54,817 nucleotides of DNA from Chara braunii. Its lineage: Eukaryota > Plantae > Charophyceae. Within the stretch, counting starts at the first letter, position 1, and each line of letters starts with the position of its first letter. The translations under genes and the position numbers were made by a program. Positions 1-14,097 of this stretch are shown here, piece by piece. The notes under the pieces were generated by a model that worked only from the letters and a program-made list of their open reading frames with translations, did not search any database and had not been told where the DNA came from. The stretch spans positions 5,965,890-6,020,706 of the forward strand of contig BFEA01000009.1 of assembly GCA_003427395.1 (NCBI GenBank). The letters run 5' to 3'.

Positions 1-1139
1 GGGTTAGTAGAGGGAGAGGGGAGAAGGGAGTGATACCTGGCCCTTGGTGTCTCCAAGGGCACAAGGTACACCAAGACCAGGAGGGTCTTGGTCTTTGCTG
101 CAGCGGCCAGTTGGAGGAGAGAGGGGGCTGAGATCTTGATCAACCCCCAGCAGCACTCCTGCAAATGTGTAGATGTAGGGTCTTCTTTGTGAGCAGGCCC
201 TCCGCACTGTAGAGCAGCCCCCTAAGCAGGGGGGTCTTCAGCCACGTGCGCAGCCAGCAGCAGCCACTTGGGGCCGGGGGGGGGGGGGGGGGGGGGGGGG
301 GCAAATAGCCAGCACGGCACCTCTTCAACACGAGTGTGCCGTGCTACTCAGCCATGGACACACTGTGGCGAGTGTGTTATGAGACTGCTTACGCACACGC
401 ATGGCTCCAGCAGTGCCTGGGTTCAAACCCCAACAGCAGCAGTTGCATGCCGGATCTTGATAATATAAATTCGAGAGCGGGGCGGGACGGGGCAACGGGG
501 CAGCGTGGGCGCGTGGCGCGCGCGCGCATGTGGTGGCCTTGGCCTTGGCGCGCACACGTCGTGATGCAGCTTCCTTTTTCGCCACGTGGACCTCTCCAGC
601 TGCAGCACCTTTTCCCGCTTTTTTTGCCCGAAAACGCCCCAAAAACAGCCAAAAACCCGACTGTCGGGTTTTGCAGTATTTCGCTGCTGTGCGGTGTGGT
701 GGGTGGGGGCGGGGACCGTTCCTGCTCCGATACCAATGTAGCGGACCCACCAGCTGTGGTGCTCCGCTAGTGACAAAGATGGAAATGGAGGAAGAAGGGG
801 GGAGCAAGATGGCACAACGCAGCTCCCCACGCAGGACTCCAACGCACGTACTCCAAAATGTGCAAGTAAGGAATGAGACTGAAAACATACAATGGCTGGG
901 GTATACCCCAGCAGACTGACGGGACTGGACTGGACTGGCGGGTACCGACAGAGGTACCGGCCTGGACTGGCCTACCCCGAATATAACACAGGCCTGTGAG
1001 AACAGGCCAAGGGGCTGGTCTCACAGGCCAACCTGAGGTGCGCTACACCTAGACTACCCTGCCCAACATTATTGCAGTACATAAGTTTTTTTTTTTTCCT
1101 TTTTCTTTCACGCGCGAGCAAAAGAAAACTAAGATTTAT

Positions 1140-1200
1140 GGGATTCGCCGACCTTGGGTCACACCACCGATTTCTTCGGGGACAGACCAGTACATTGTAA
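1140..1200 (-). repeat. Copy of a dispersed non-coding repeat (related to 13400-13480 and 48063-48150)
   Basis: The reverse complement ATTACAATGTACTGGTCTGTCCCCGAAG...CAAGGTCGGC matches ATTACGATATACTGGTCTATCCCCGAAG...CAAGGTCGGC at ~13412 and a more diverged copy at ~48074. Confidence 0.6.
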
Positions 1201-2199
1201 TCCCTCCCCCCCCNNNNNNNNNNNNNNNNNNNNNNNNNNNNNNNNNNNNNNNNNNNNNNNNNNNNNNNNNNNNNNNNNNNNNNNNNNNNNNNNNNNNNNN
1301 NNNNNNNNNNNNNNNNNNNNNNNNNNNNNNNNNNNNNNNNNNNNNNNNNNNNNNNNNNNNNNNNNNNNNNNNNNNNNNNNNNNNNNNNNNNNNNNNNNNN
1401 NNNNNNNNNNNNNNNNNNNNNNNNNNNNNNNNNNNNNNNNNNNNNNNNNNNNNNNNNNNNNNNNNNNNNNNNNNNNNNNNNNNNNNNNNNNNNNNNNNNN
1501 NNNNNNNNNNNTTTTGGTTCCCTTTAGTTTGGACTTGTAGCAGGTTTGTTTGATGGGTACTGTTGTGTTTCTTTTGGTTCCCTTTAGTTTGTTTGGCGTT
1601 TTTGGCCTTGTGGGAAATGCTAGATCAGCGGTCTGGTCTTGGCCATTCTGCTACTGGGCTAAAATTCCCAAGGCGGATTTTCTCATCTCGGGGCATACTG
1701 ACACAGACCGATAGCCTAGGCACTAATATTGAAGCGCAAAGTTACCTGTCCAGGGGAAGAGGCGCTTGAGGCCCATGTCGGTTAGGCCTGGGCTCGCGAC
1801 GCCCTCGCCGATGACAGGACAATGGGGCACATCCTCGCCCTCGATAATCCCCAGGTATCTCGAAGTTTCAGGAACGCGAGGGGGGAGGTACTCAACCTTA
1901 GTTCCAAGAGGGATAAAGAAGGCGGGAAGACCAGTTTACTCGAAGGACCTAAGATTGCGTATGAAGGAGGAGTTCGACTATCGAGGGACCAAGGACGACA
2001 TCTAAAAGACGAAAGTTGCATCGACTGAAGTATGCCCGAGGCTCTCTGGGAAGTATAATATCGACACATGCTCGCTATGTCTTAAAACCACAATGACTTT
2101 ATTTATGCGATGCAAGAGGCAAGTCATTTTTGGGGTAATTTTGTTATTTAACATCTTAGTTTTGTTTTTGTGTGGGTTAATTGCTTAGAATTTTATGAT

Positions 2200-4707
2200 G
2201 GCTCTGCTTAATGCCCCCTCTTCAAGTTCGAGTCATACGGACTACATCAACCCACAAACAGACGATGGAAAACAATGAATCAGAAAACTATTATCGAAGT
2301 GCTTCCAGGAAGGAACTCTTCCAAGTGGAATCACACCTCGAATAGTAGAATCTGGTGAGGATTATGTACGAGTGATAGTTGGTGAAAAAATGTGTGTTGT
2401 TGAATCAGACTGGTTAATGGATCATGCGGCCTCAATCTTCTTTGACGAGGATGTCTTTAACCTTTCGGTGAAGGTAAAAAATATAATAGTTTAGATGTAT
2501 GAGAACGCATGGGCGGCCGCTGGAGCTCAAGATGCCGCCCTGATTAGAGGAACTTTCTGTAATGAAGGTCACAACCTAGCCACTTATGTGGCGTCCGTTA
2601 AACAACTTGAAATTAGGGATTGGATGTTAGGGAAAGGGGGGGGAACGATGTAACTGGATGGTCAACATATGGTTTGACATTCAAACGGTGGATGAACATT
2701 CATCAACTACAAGAATGGAAGGATGCTCTGCGTCAAATGTATTTTTGGATTCGTTGTATGGAGGTCCTAGTTGCTATACTGGGCCTCTTGAAGGGAGTGA
2801 TGGAAGATGCCTTCGGACCAATCATCAAGGATCACCTGGCTTACAAAAAATACTTGGAAATTAACCTAAGGAGGTTTGGGGTCGTCAAAATTGAAGTTGT
2901 ATGTGTCGATACATCATGGTGCCAGCTATGTCGACGTCACTTCCATAAGGAAACTGGCGATGACTGTCCGGCTAAACAAAAGAACAAGTCATGTGCAAAG
3001 ACGGGCGGTAAGGAAGATAATAAATCTGGGAGTCGGAGAGACGACGGGAAGGAAGGAGAAGGAAAAGGCAAGAAGGATGATGAGACGAAGAAAGAGGAAG
3101 GAAAAGCAGAAAGACGGGGGGAGAAATGAGTGAAAGGCACCAGAAAAAATGAGAAGAAGGACAAAAAAGGGGGAAGGGTTGATGACCCAAGGGGAAAAGA
3201 GATTGGATTTCATCCCACAGAGAAACCGTTCTTCTATAAGGAGGGGGTCTTAGGTGACAAAGAGAAAGGGAACAGATTAGAAGGGGAGGGAAAGCAAAGA
3301 GAAGAGGAGGAGGAGAAGAGTAGGGTGGAGGAAGAGAAGAGACGGGTGGAGGAAGCAAGGATTAGAAGCGAGGAAGAGAAGAAGAGGGAGGAGGAGGCGA
3401 AAATGATAGACAATAAGAAAAAAAAAGTAAGCAAAAAGGTGGTTGAGAAGGAAGATGTACCCATGGAAAAAAATCCCCCTCCTCGTACCTCCCCGGTGAA
3501 GAAATCAGAGGTCAATGCCATTAAGATCCAGGACTCATAGTAAAATCGGAAGGAGGAAGCAAAGTCCCCTTTGATAAAAGGAAAAAAGGGAGGAAATAAA
3601 AAAGGAAACATATCCATCTTTAAATTTTTAGGCATGATGACTTTCTCACCGTTTGTTTTTCATGATCTAATCACACAAAGGAAGGAAATAAAGAAAGGGA
3701 AAGCTAAAATGGATAATCCGCAAATGAGTGAGCAGGTTACCAAAGAAGGTAAGCAGATCCTGAACCCCTCAAAAGTCCGTAAAGAATTAAATTCCTTATA
3801 TGATGAAACTCTCTCAGATAACGAATTTCTTCTTTTGAGTAAAAGGAAGGAAATCTCATTTAAGGGATATTAATCAAAAGAAGAAGAGGCATGGAGAGGC
3901 GGAGGCTTACTAGAGGAGGACCTGGATTGCACTATCCCAAGGCTATTCCAGGAAAGGGGGATAAATTTTGAAATAGGGAATGATATTTCTACTCCTTGCA
4001 AGAAAGCGCGAATAAATGAAAATGAGGCAGTTCCTACAAGGGGGGTCCAAGATAAGGGTTAGTTCATAGCTCTACAACTTGTTGGCCAGTCCGCTTAAAA
4101 AACGAGAACACAATCAGAGAGGACAACAACGAAATTTTGCATCCTTGCGCCTTCGATGGCCACCCTGGACAAAACATACAAACAGGCAGAGCAGGTCAAG
4201 GATTTTTTTATCCCCCTGATCTGTTCTGATTCCAGTGAGGGTCTGAAGATATTTATATATAAAGATGAAGAGGCCCACCTGAGCATGCCCATGATGGTTA
4301 TGCCAGCGGCTCCCTCAGAAGCCCGTGCCTTGAAAATGACAAGTAGGCAAGTATTTCACAACAGTGGCTGTTGTGTGACTATGGGTATCTCATCTTTCAC
4401 GTCTGGGTTTGAATTGTGGGGCTTGAAGAATGGGTACTGGTACCCGCTTCAGGACTTCGTAGCTCCTAAGTTAGAGGTGTTGTCTAATATCAACATGTTA
4501 CCTGGTCTTTCAACAACGGTCATTCATGACTGGCTAAGCAGAAGAGATGTTATTCCTACGATAACGAAGAAGAGATTTCGATCGTTTGTTAATACAACAA
4601 GGTATTTTGCTGATATTAGAAAGTCGTATGTAGAGGTCCAGGCAGATGGTACTCCAGCGGCAATGAACGAAAACCCGCATCCAACAAAAAAGCAACATGG
4701 ACCATAA
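2200..4707 (+). pseudogene. Decayed LINE (L1-like) ORF1 region
   Basis: Broken ORFs (2620-3129, 3130-3540, 3571-3873, 4156-4707) lie directly upstream of an APE/RT ORF2. They include a zinc-knuckle-like CQLCRRHFH...C followed by a long K/E-rich tract. The 5' boundary is approximate. Confidence 0.6.
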
Positions 4708-4709
4708 CA

Positions 4710-7360
4710 ATGCTCTTGCCCAATAGAGTGCGCATTGCAAGTTGGAATGTCAAAGACCTAGGGATACTAATAATCGTTATAAGAGACAATGTCTACTTTC
4801 GTGGATACACTGGGAGACTTTGCAAATCATGTGTTTACAAGAAACAAAACTAGACTTCAGGAAAACACAAGGAGAAGTTGATTGGTGGAGGGGCCCCCAG
4901 TTTTGGGCCCCAGATGATGGAACGAAGGGAGAAACTGCTATTCTTTTACAAAAGGACTTCAAGTTAGAACACCTGATCCTGGACTCATACATTGATCCAG
5001 GGGGGAGAATGGTTTGAATCAAATTGGCTTTGGAAGATGAGGATTTGGCAGTAGTGTTAATCTACACTCCCACAAACTATATTAGACCGAACAAAGTTAT
5101 TTTTCACACTGTCAGCATTTATTCCGGATACAAAAAATTTGGTTATATTAAGAGATTGGAATATAATCTTAGATCCAGGATTAAATTAACTGGTGTGTTC
5201 TTTACTTAAAGTAGATTCTTCGCTGCTATTGTCCTTTATGGATTCTCATAGTCTGGTTGACACTTTTCGATTTTTTAACCCAAACGATCATGGTTGAACC
5301 TGACATGATCCTAAACCATCCCTAAGGACTCCAATCCCTAGGAGGAAACTCGATTTCATAATGGCAAGAGGTACGCTCTGGGACATATACTGTTCTTCAT
5401 AACTCAGGGTGTCTGACCTCTCATGCCATTATCCGATCCTTATTGATGTAATTTCAAAAGATTTTGTTTTAAAGGAAAGACCTCCATTCACATTAAATAC
5501 AAATAATTTGAAAATAAGGGCATTCCACAGTGGGTTCCCTCCCAAATGGAGGGCTGGAACAAAGCTAAGGACATGTTTGAGGATGAAGGAATGTGGGCAG
5601 ACGTAGAAATACATATCATTAGAGCCGCATTGATAGAATTATCCAGAACGAAAGTTGCCCACAAGAATTGGAAGGAAAAAAAGTTGCATAGATTGATTGA
5701 GGAGGCAGAGTCACAAATGGGGACTGACCTTTTCACCGACTACTTTTGGTCCAGAAAAATGAAACTCGCTCTGACAGGGTTGGGGGAAATAGAAGTTCAG
5801 AAACAGTCGGAGAGATTAACATGGTTAAAACTTAGGGGGATTATTGGTTATGACAAAATAATCAAACCAATATTTCGATCACTGATCTTACGTCACACAA
5901 AACCCCTCCTCAAAGAATTAGTTTATCATTTTGCCTTGAATGCTCCAGTGTATGTGGATACAGTGGACTTGTGCCACTATGCACTATAATATTTCAGAGA
6001 AATAGTGGCCACCAGACACCCTTTCGACCAATTCAGTACCGACCTTTTAAAAGTATCAAACTTCTAGGACAGATAAAGAATACAGATTAACGGCTAAATA
6101 AAAGATCAATTGGGTACTCCCCTGATAGAGACTGAACTTTCCTATGCAGTCAAAAGCACGACTAGACACCCTTCGCGCCATTTCTAAGTGATATTTATAA
6201 CAGGGCACTCTCGACAGAGAGAGTACTTCCAAAAGGTTTTGTGAAAGGGGTAATATCCCTCCCTTATAACAAAGTAAACAAAAAGAAGGTCAGAAACTAT
6301 AGGCCAATTTCAGTATTGAACGTAGCCTACAAGATTCTGGTTAAGCCATTACGATTATTTGATTTTCTTTCGGACTTAGTGGGTTGGGAACAAGGGGCCT
6401 TTGTTAAAGGCTGTTCAATTTTTTAGAATATTTTAACAACAATACAGACCTTAGAAATCATTGGGAGAGAAAATAGAGGTGTGGTTGTGCTTATCCTAGA
6501 TATGGAGACGACATATGATAACGTAGGGTGAACATTTGTATCTACCACCCTCACCAAAATGGGATTTGGGAAAGGGTTTTGCACATGGATCAATGCGATG
6601 TATTCCCAAACCACTTCGTCAGTAATTGTGAATGAGAGACTTTTCTGGGAATTTCAACTGACACGTTCTCTTCGGCAGGTTTGCCCTCTAGCCCCTTTGC
6701 TTTTTGTTTTGCAGCTAAAAATTTTACTAGATAATATTACATACAATCCTAAAATCATCGACGTACGTCTCCTACCCTCCTTGGAATGGAAGGAAGGGGC
6801 AATGACAAATGATCTTATTATTGCTTGTGAGAATAATAGGACAACACTAAAAGAACTTAGATCAATCATAAATAGTTATTACGTATTTGTTCAAAGCATC
6901 AATAAATTGACATAAATTTATGTTTTTTCTGCCGGATACATTTGCCCTTAAGGTAGGTTGGGGTCTGCGTCAGATTTTTACGGAGAATTCGGAACGCTTT
7001 TTGGGTATTCATGTGTTGCTTGGCGACCACTCAAAATCTCAGGACCTTATCCTATCGGGGAAGGTGGAAGGTCGTATCGGTAACTAGCAAAAAAATCACA
7101 AACTTTTCCTATTTGGTAGGGCCTTGGTAATTTCAGTGGCTGCGTTCTCCCTTCTATGGTACCCCCTTACTATTATTCGCGTGGGGGATGAAGCTTACAC
7201 ATAAATCAAGAGACATGCTGCTAGATATTTATGGAAACCCGGAGTCGTGGAAGAGGATGGTTACATGGCCAAGGTAGCCTGGGATGTCATCGCCCTTCCA
7301 AGGACGGAGGACGGTCCGGGAATACTGAATCCTAAACATTAGAACATGACCCTTCTATTC
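4710..7360 (+). pseudogene. Decayed L1-clade LINE ORF2 (AP endonuclease + reverse transcriptase)
   Basis: APE motifs CLQETKL, RKLDFI and SDLSCHYPI. RT motifs NYRPISVLNVAYKIL, QGAFVKG, GFGKGFCTWINAMYS and LRQVCPLAPLLF. C-terminal KVAWDVIALP. Many stops and frameshifts. Confidence 0.9.
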
Positions 7361-9420
7361 TAACGAAGTGGCGAAACTCCTTATTACCTTACAGGCTAAA
7401 TCTAAGAAGTAATTCGGTACTCCCGTGGGGTACATATCATCAACGACTAATAAAAACAAAGGTAGTAAGAGACTCCCGTGGGGCTCTCCTATCACAGATC
7501 TGACCAGACTCGGAAGGGAATTCAGTACTCATCGTGTGAGTACACAAACTCCTAAGTTTGGGACGATCTGTCCGATTTCCCGTGGGATTCGGCATACCTT
7601 TTGGATCATCTACAATGCTTAGGCAAGGTAGGTGAATGGTCAGGGCAACTTAACCAACTTGAAGAATTGTTTTGACTAATCTCTTACGTATCGAACTTGT
7701 AGTAGAATAACTTCCGGAAGGGTTATCCCAATACTTGTTTGATTTGGGAATCGACTAACGGGGGGAAGGAATGAGGTGATTGTGTTTGGACAGTAGAGGG
7801 ATACTCCCGGGTGAGTAACCTTACTACTTGTTTGGGTATGACTGATGGATGGTATAAATAAGTACTAACGATATATCTATTTAACATTGAAGCAGGATAT
7901 AGGAGGCTCTTGTGGGGTCATCCTATTGCTTGTTTGACTCTATCTTAACAGTTCTAATAAGATATTCCAGCAAAGAGAGGATCTGGTGTTTGCCTGAGGT
8001 TACTAACTTAATCCTAGCTCGTATGACTCTGAGAAAGTAGTAGGGTGACTTCCGTGGGGTCATCCTATTACACTTTTTGAGGATAGGCTGGGTTTTAATC
8101 AAGGAGTAATAGGAGGCTTCCGTGAAGACCACCTATTACTAACTTGAATTTCGTATTGATGGATCTAGAATGTTTTCTGAATGTTGGGTCAAGTGTTGAG
8201 ATGCTTCGACAAGGCCTTCTCAACTACTTGTTGTAACTAATAAAAGGATACTCCCTTGTGAGTTATCCCGTCGCTTGCACAAGATTGCTTGAACTGTTTG
8301 ATTGCATGAGGACTGCACAGACTTTGAAAAGTGGTTGAGTGTTCCTGTGGAACTACTCGACTACTTATTTGACTAACCGTTTTGTCTGGAATTGATCGAG
8401 TAGTGGAAGATTCCCGGGTGAATCAACCTACGACTTGCGTATGTCAGGAAAAAAAGAAGAGAAAGGAAAAGTCGAGTGTTTCAGCGCGAGTGACTCCAAA
8501 GGTCCTAAAAAGAAGCAGAATAAGAGGCAAATACCGTAGAGACAAAAAATTAGAAAAGAAGAAGTTCCGCGTAGCCTCGATTCATTAATAAACTCCTAAG
8601 GGAGAAACCGCCACTGACCTGAGTTGATCTCAGCTAGACTACCGCATAAGCACCAAAGGGTGTGCTTATCCGCAAGAGAAAGAAATACAAGGAATGAGAG
8701 TAGGGGAAATATGAGTTCCCTAAAACAACTTATAACATAGGCAAGAGACTCCTTGGACAAAAGGAGGAAGAGTGACAGACGACTTAGGCTAGGTAGAAGC
8801 TAGGGGGTTAAACTTTGGGATGTTGATCCCAAAGCTCACAGACCAGATCCAAAGGTTTGACCCTTAGATATCAATATGTGGGAATCGAATGGGGGTGTTG
8901 AATCTTTGTTGACCTGTGTGTGTGCAGGTCCCTGTTTTTATCTACTGCAATTGAAGGAGAAGTCATACAAAGAGGACTCAATTTTTCTGTTATCTCTCAA
9001 TAACAGGTCGGTCGTTGTCGATTTAACTTTTCCCCCTTTGACTTGATACCCACGTCTAAAGTCAAACCCTTGTGGTCAGTAAACTGTCACATGTGGTCAT
9101 TGCCTAAATGGTCATAGTCACTCTCAAGGGTCCTTTGAAGAAATGTGAGGGGGTTGGGCTTGCAATCTCAGGAAAGATAAAGTTGTCATATATGGTTTGA
9201 AAGTGAGGGACAATGTTTGAGATGTGGATTGATGATTGACGCCGTTAGTGCATGACATATGAACTGTCTTTGCATAATTCTGTGCAAGTCTGTTTTGTTC
9301 ATGGGTTTGGATTGAACTAGGATTGATCTCGTGAAGAGTATTGGACACATAACACTTGTGAAAGTGGGAAGGGTTCCCAGCGGTAATACCTTCATATTCA
9401 TTATCGGTCTTATATAACTT
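7361..9420. mobile_element. Non-coding TE-like segment (possible solo LTR) truncating the first LINE
   Basis: LINE coding similarity stops abruptly at ~7360. The segment has no credible ORF and carries a recurring ACTCCCGTGGG/TTCCGTGGG-like motif. Canonical TG...CA ends are not clearly seen. Confidence 0.3.
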
Positions 9421-9890
9421 TTATACTATTTGGTGATCAGTCATATGTTAAGTAGAATTGAATGTCCTTGGTAGTGACATGGTCTGATTGGTACTTTGAT
9501 CATAGTGGTTAGAAGAATCATATGTTTTGGGAGCAAAAACGAAAATAGACAACCTTCTAAAAAGTTCGGCCTGAATATCTAACGGGTCAGTCATAGGCGT
9601 CTTACCACGCATGTGGGCCGGTAGCTCAGCAGGGATACGCCTACCTAAGGGTGGTGATAGCGCCTTGGGTAGAGGTAAGTTGTACCTCGCGACGTCCCGA
9701 CCTGTCGCAGGGCGTCGTGAGAGGTATAGCACGCGCGCACGGTCGGAGTGGTGACTGGTTCTTTTCAGAAAAAAACATCCTGCGTGACACGACCGTGAGG
9801 TTCAGCGCTCCACATCAGGGTGCGGGATTGCCGCGCACGACAGCGCGCCCGTACTTGGCGCAGGGAGGGCGACAGGTTCAGGCTTCCTCC

Positions 9891-10025
9891 TTCAATGGAG
9901 GAGCCCACATCGAAGGATCAAACGCAACATCGCTATGAATGGTCGGCTGCCACAGCCAGTTATCCCTGTGGTAACTTTTCCGACTCCTCTAGCTTCAAGT
10001 CCCGAAACGCTAAAGGATCGATAGG
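9891..10025 (-). pseudogene. Diverged fragment of cytosolic 28S/25S LSU rRNA (3' domain)
   Basis: The plus strand ACATCGAAGGATCAAA...GGCTGCCACAGCCAGTTATCCCTGTGGTAACTTTTC...CTCTAGCTTC...TAAAGGATCGATAGG is the reverse complement of a highly conserved eukaryotic LSU segment, with substitutions and small deletions. Confidence 0.85.
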
Positions 10026-10470
10026 TGTCCTTACCTAAGCGCCAACAACAAGAGGTTCGGGCGCACTGTTAATTGTTGCAACCCGTTTCCTAAAACAAAC
10101 GGGCGCAACAAACTGCACTACGACAAAGAGGTGGGGGAAATCTAACAGAAGAAAAACGAAAATCAGAAAATCTAAGAAAATCTAAAAGGAATCTAACAAA
10201 AAAAAAAAAAAAAAAAAAAAACCCTTGCCTCATGTTGCACCTGCTGCCCGTTTCTCCAAACGAACTCGCGCAGTTTCTTGAAAACGAGTGAGGGAGGCGA
10301 ACTGTGTGGCCGCGTATATTTTCATGTTCTGGTTGTAGATCCATTCGATTTTGCTCATCATAACGATGGAAGTACTGTGAGGACAACCGCCGGGGAGAAC
10401 ACTTTTTGTCCTCTCTCTCTCTCTCTCTCACACACACACATACACACACACACATTCACACACACACACA

Positions 10471-10505
<35 letters not shown>

Positions 10506-10669
10506 ATATAAGTCGAGTAATGTGTATAGTTCAATGTTCTAGAGGTAGATTCATTCAATTTTGCTTATCCCCTTGATAGAACTCAGCCCGTTCGTCTAAA
10601 CGAACGGACAACCAAATAAGCCCCACGAACCGAAGAGGACGGGAGTCACCCAAATTTCACCGGTCGGCA

Positions 10670-13131
10670 AATCTCTCCATCTTTCGTCATTAGAGCAGTA
10701 TTTGCATTAGTAGATGACTTCTCCATCATCTCAGATAATTCAGTAACATCTATATCAACTCTAGAGGAATGCCTATCTGCTTATAAGGAGGCCTCTTAAG
10801 TGAAGGTGAGTTGCCAAACATCTGTAGCACTCACCTCACAGGGGCAACCCCTCACGTTAGACTTGGGCATACCAGTCAAATCCCAAACAGACTTCGAGAG
10901 ATACCTGGGCATCTAGGTATCCTTCGGTAACTGTTCCGGTATACAAGACATGATAGTGGACAATAGAATCAGAGACGCGTGCTCCACATGGTCCAAAGCC
11001 ATGTTTCTTTCCCTTTTTGGTCGTGCTATGGTAATTAATACCTTCATTTCATCAAAAATATGGTAAATCCTTTCAATCAGAACACTCTCACCCTTTACAG
11101 CAGCTAATATTCGCAGACGTTTATCTCGTTGGCTTTAGAAAGGCAAGTCTGAAGCCCAGCGTTTCTCAACAAAGTAAGTTGGGACAAAATTACTGAGAAA
11201 CAGAAATCAGGGGGACTAGGGGTCCTTGACCTACAAGACCAGAGCATAGCTCTCATGGCAAAATGGTCAGTGAGAGCTCTCTTAGCCACCGAACTTCAAC
11301 CATGGATAATTCTATTGCAATACACTCTGGCCCGGGATTGGGGATTATCCAACCCAGACGCTGACTGGCAAGCACTGCTCATGCGCCCATTCACCTCTCG
11401 CACTACCAGTAGCACTTTGACCCCCATCCTCAAAGAATGAGGCAAGTTGATCCCTCAACTGCTGGAACCCTCGAACACAAAATTAAAATTTCTCAATTCT
11501 AGTCTTTTTGAAAAACCTTCCATCAAAGATTCAACTGGTATCCCATTCTTAGTTGCTAAGTCCCCTGGTAATTCAAGACTTAAATGGATGTAGAAAGGGA
11601 TGTGGCTGATTCCCCACATCTGGAAGGAGGATGAACTCAGATGGAAAACTGAAGATGAGATCAGAGAGACTCTCCTAGGATTACGACAAATGGGATTATA
11701 CCGCTCCGTTTTGATATCTACCGTGACCATACCTACATCATGGTGCAAAACTCTTTCCGATCACGTGGCGAAATTCAGCGAGCAGCAATGGTTCAAGTGT
11801 CCGGATAGGGCCAATCTACTTTTTAGAATTGAGAAGATTGGAGAGGACAATACCATCGAGGCCTCGGGATGGACCCCCAAGGACAACAGACTTCAGCAAA
11901 TTGAGGACCCTCATAGCATCTTGCCAGAAAATATGCAGGAAGTACGAGTGCAACACAAGAAGACCTACCAGGGAATGCCCTCCTTCTAGCTACTTATGCA
12001 GACCATACTTGTACACGAATGGAAGGTAGACGTCTTCATGTATGGATGGCATATCACAGACCGAACAAGGGGGGTGACCAAAGTTTCTATTACAGATTAC
12101 TCTGCTAGGATGGGATACAGTTTCCAATCCAACCCAAATGCCCTGCAGGTCAATCTGTCACTCAGATGGCAGTAGAGGATGCCTTCCTTGAGCCTGGATC
12201 CACTACCGTCCAAGTGGCTACTTTTCTTTATCCATATGACTTTTTCTACACTCGAGACCAAAGTAGGAGGACCTCAATGGTTACACCTGCACAGTTGTGT
12301 CCCCACGACTATATGGTGCTCAGAGAAAGGTATGCAACTCTCTGCTCTTTGTGAAGCTTGTCCCACCCCTTGTCTAGAAGATTGGCTACGCCTCTGGTGA
12401 GAGTGCGTCATTGCAAGGTGCTTCTGGGAGTTTTTGGACAACTTGTGGTATAAAGCTTACGGTAAGAAAGGTGTCTGGGACAAAAACTTTATTATCATTA
12501 GTAGAACCAACAAAAACCACTAATCTGATCAGATTACCACCCGAGTACAAATTTTCAGAGTGAGAGTTTTCAAGGTTATTTAGATGGTTCAAAGAGACAG
12601 ACGGTTACCTTAATCTCATCGATTTATTTCAATTTCAGACAGGCAATGAGATCCGACATTATGGCGGACTGGTTCCACACCAAGAGGAAGCACCTCATGG
12701 CTGATGCAGCCAGAGATATTTTTACCACCAGATGGTCTACACAGTACAAATGGGTTGGTTTCTCAGAAGGAACCATACTTTTTTACTCGGACCTGCTATG
12801 GGACCCACCAACAACTTGAACTAGGTCTAGATTAAGTCTTTCCATTTGGCAGCCCCAGGGCTGAGAGGGCCTATAAAGGGGGAACTTTTGCGACAAAGAC
12901 ATGCTCCGCTACTCATTAAAGTTATATGTTTCGGGTTCACGCTCTACACCCAAAACATTCTACTAGGAAGAACATTATTTTTCGACGAGGAACACTGGAC
13001 CCGGTTTCCATGAGCTTACAGTTGGGTAAAGGCCCGAGCATGTCTTGTACCGGGTTGCATTATCGGGGTGTGTTTCCGAGACCCTCTCTTTCTTATGGAA
13101 TGAAACTCACTTTTGTTTAAAAAAAAAAAAA
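10670..13131 (+). mobile_element. 5'-truncated decayed L1-type LINE (RT C-terminus, ORF2 tail, 3' UTR, poly-A)
   Basis: RYLGI, LSLFGRAMVIN and KVSWDKITEKQKSGGLGVLDL...ALMAKW motifs, with an A-tract at ~13119-13131. It overlaps in homology with the first LINE, so it is a separate copy. Confidence 0.75.
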
Positions 13132-13768
13132 ACGAAAAGGGAAGGAACAAAATCTAAGCGAAATATTTTTAAAAAAATCGAAAGAAATCTAAAAAAGAAA
13201 TTATGAAAGAAAAACTAAAAACTTACCTTCAGGATGGAAACGGTCGTCCGTGAAACGGACGCTTGCTGTCTTTCATAGGAACTCTAAGTCCCCGTTAGTT
13301 GTCAAAGTGTCATCTGACGCTCTGCGTTCTAGTTTTTTTTTTTTTTTTTTTTTTTGGGGGGGGGGGGGTCCTGTTGGCTTAAACCACTAGTACCTCTGCC
13401 AGTGTTGGAAAATTACGATATACTGGTCTATCCCCGAAGTTAGCGGGGATCCGAGCAAGGTCGGCAAGTATTCCCAACACGGGAAAAAAAAAAGTTGTTT
13501 ATTATTTTTTGTCGTGGCGGTTTTTTGAGAGGTTTGGACCCGTGTTCGTTCCCCGATAGTGGCCGTGTAGTGGAAACGCTACCGGTCCTGTTTGGGAGGC
13601 TCATGGGGTCGCAGGTCGGTCGGTCCTCGGTGGGCGGATGTCCGTTCGGCCCACGAATCTTCACGACCGTTTTTGGGGGCGACCGACGCCGACTTTTGTG
13701 GTCCCCGTCTAGGCCTCTCGTCCGGCTGCCATCGCATCTCTCCCCCCCCCCTCTCTCTCTCTCTCTCT

Positions 13769-13937
13769 CCTTGGTTGATCCATCGACAGTAGGCGAGGAA
13801 AACCCTCGTTCGTCGGGATATCGCGGTGAGTCACTCTCTCTCTCTCTCTCTCTCCCTCTCTCTCACTCTTCCTCTCTCCTTGGTTGATTCGTCGACAGTA
13901 GGTGAGGAAAAACCTCGTTCGTCGGGATATCGCGGTG

Positions 13938-13941
<4 letters not shown>
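13769..13941 (+). repeat. Two direct copies of a ~64-bp unit separated by (CT)n
   Basis: CCTTGGTTGAT..TCGACAGTAGG.GAGGAAAA.CCTCGTTCGTCGGGATATCGCGGTGAGTC at 13769 and 13878. Confidence 0.8.
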
Positions 13942-13969
<28 letters not shown>

Positions 13970-13973
<4 letters not shown>

Positions 13974-14097
13974 CTGACTACCCCTAATTTCTCCCAACTG
14001 GTCGGATGAAAGCGCCGGCTGATTCCTCCTTAGACAAGTTTTCTACAGGTCAATTTCCCGGTATTAGGGCGACCGACTGGCCCTCGGTCGCCCGATA
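13970..14097 (-). repeat. Remnant of 3' LTR (first 128 bp)
   Basis: Matches 33416-33543 with two differences by eye (CCGGCT/CCGGCC and GATA/GACA). It ends at a (CT)n tract. Confidence 0.9.
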
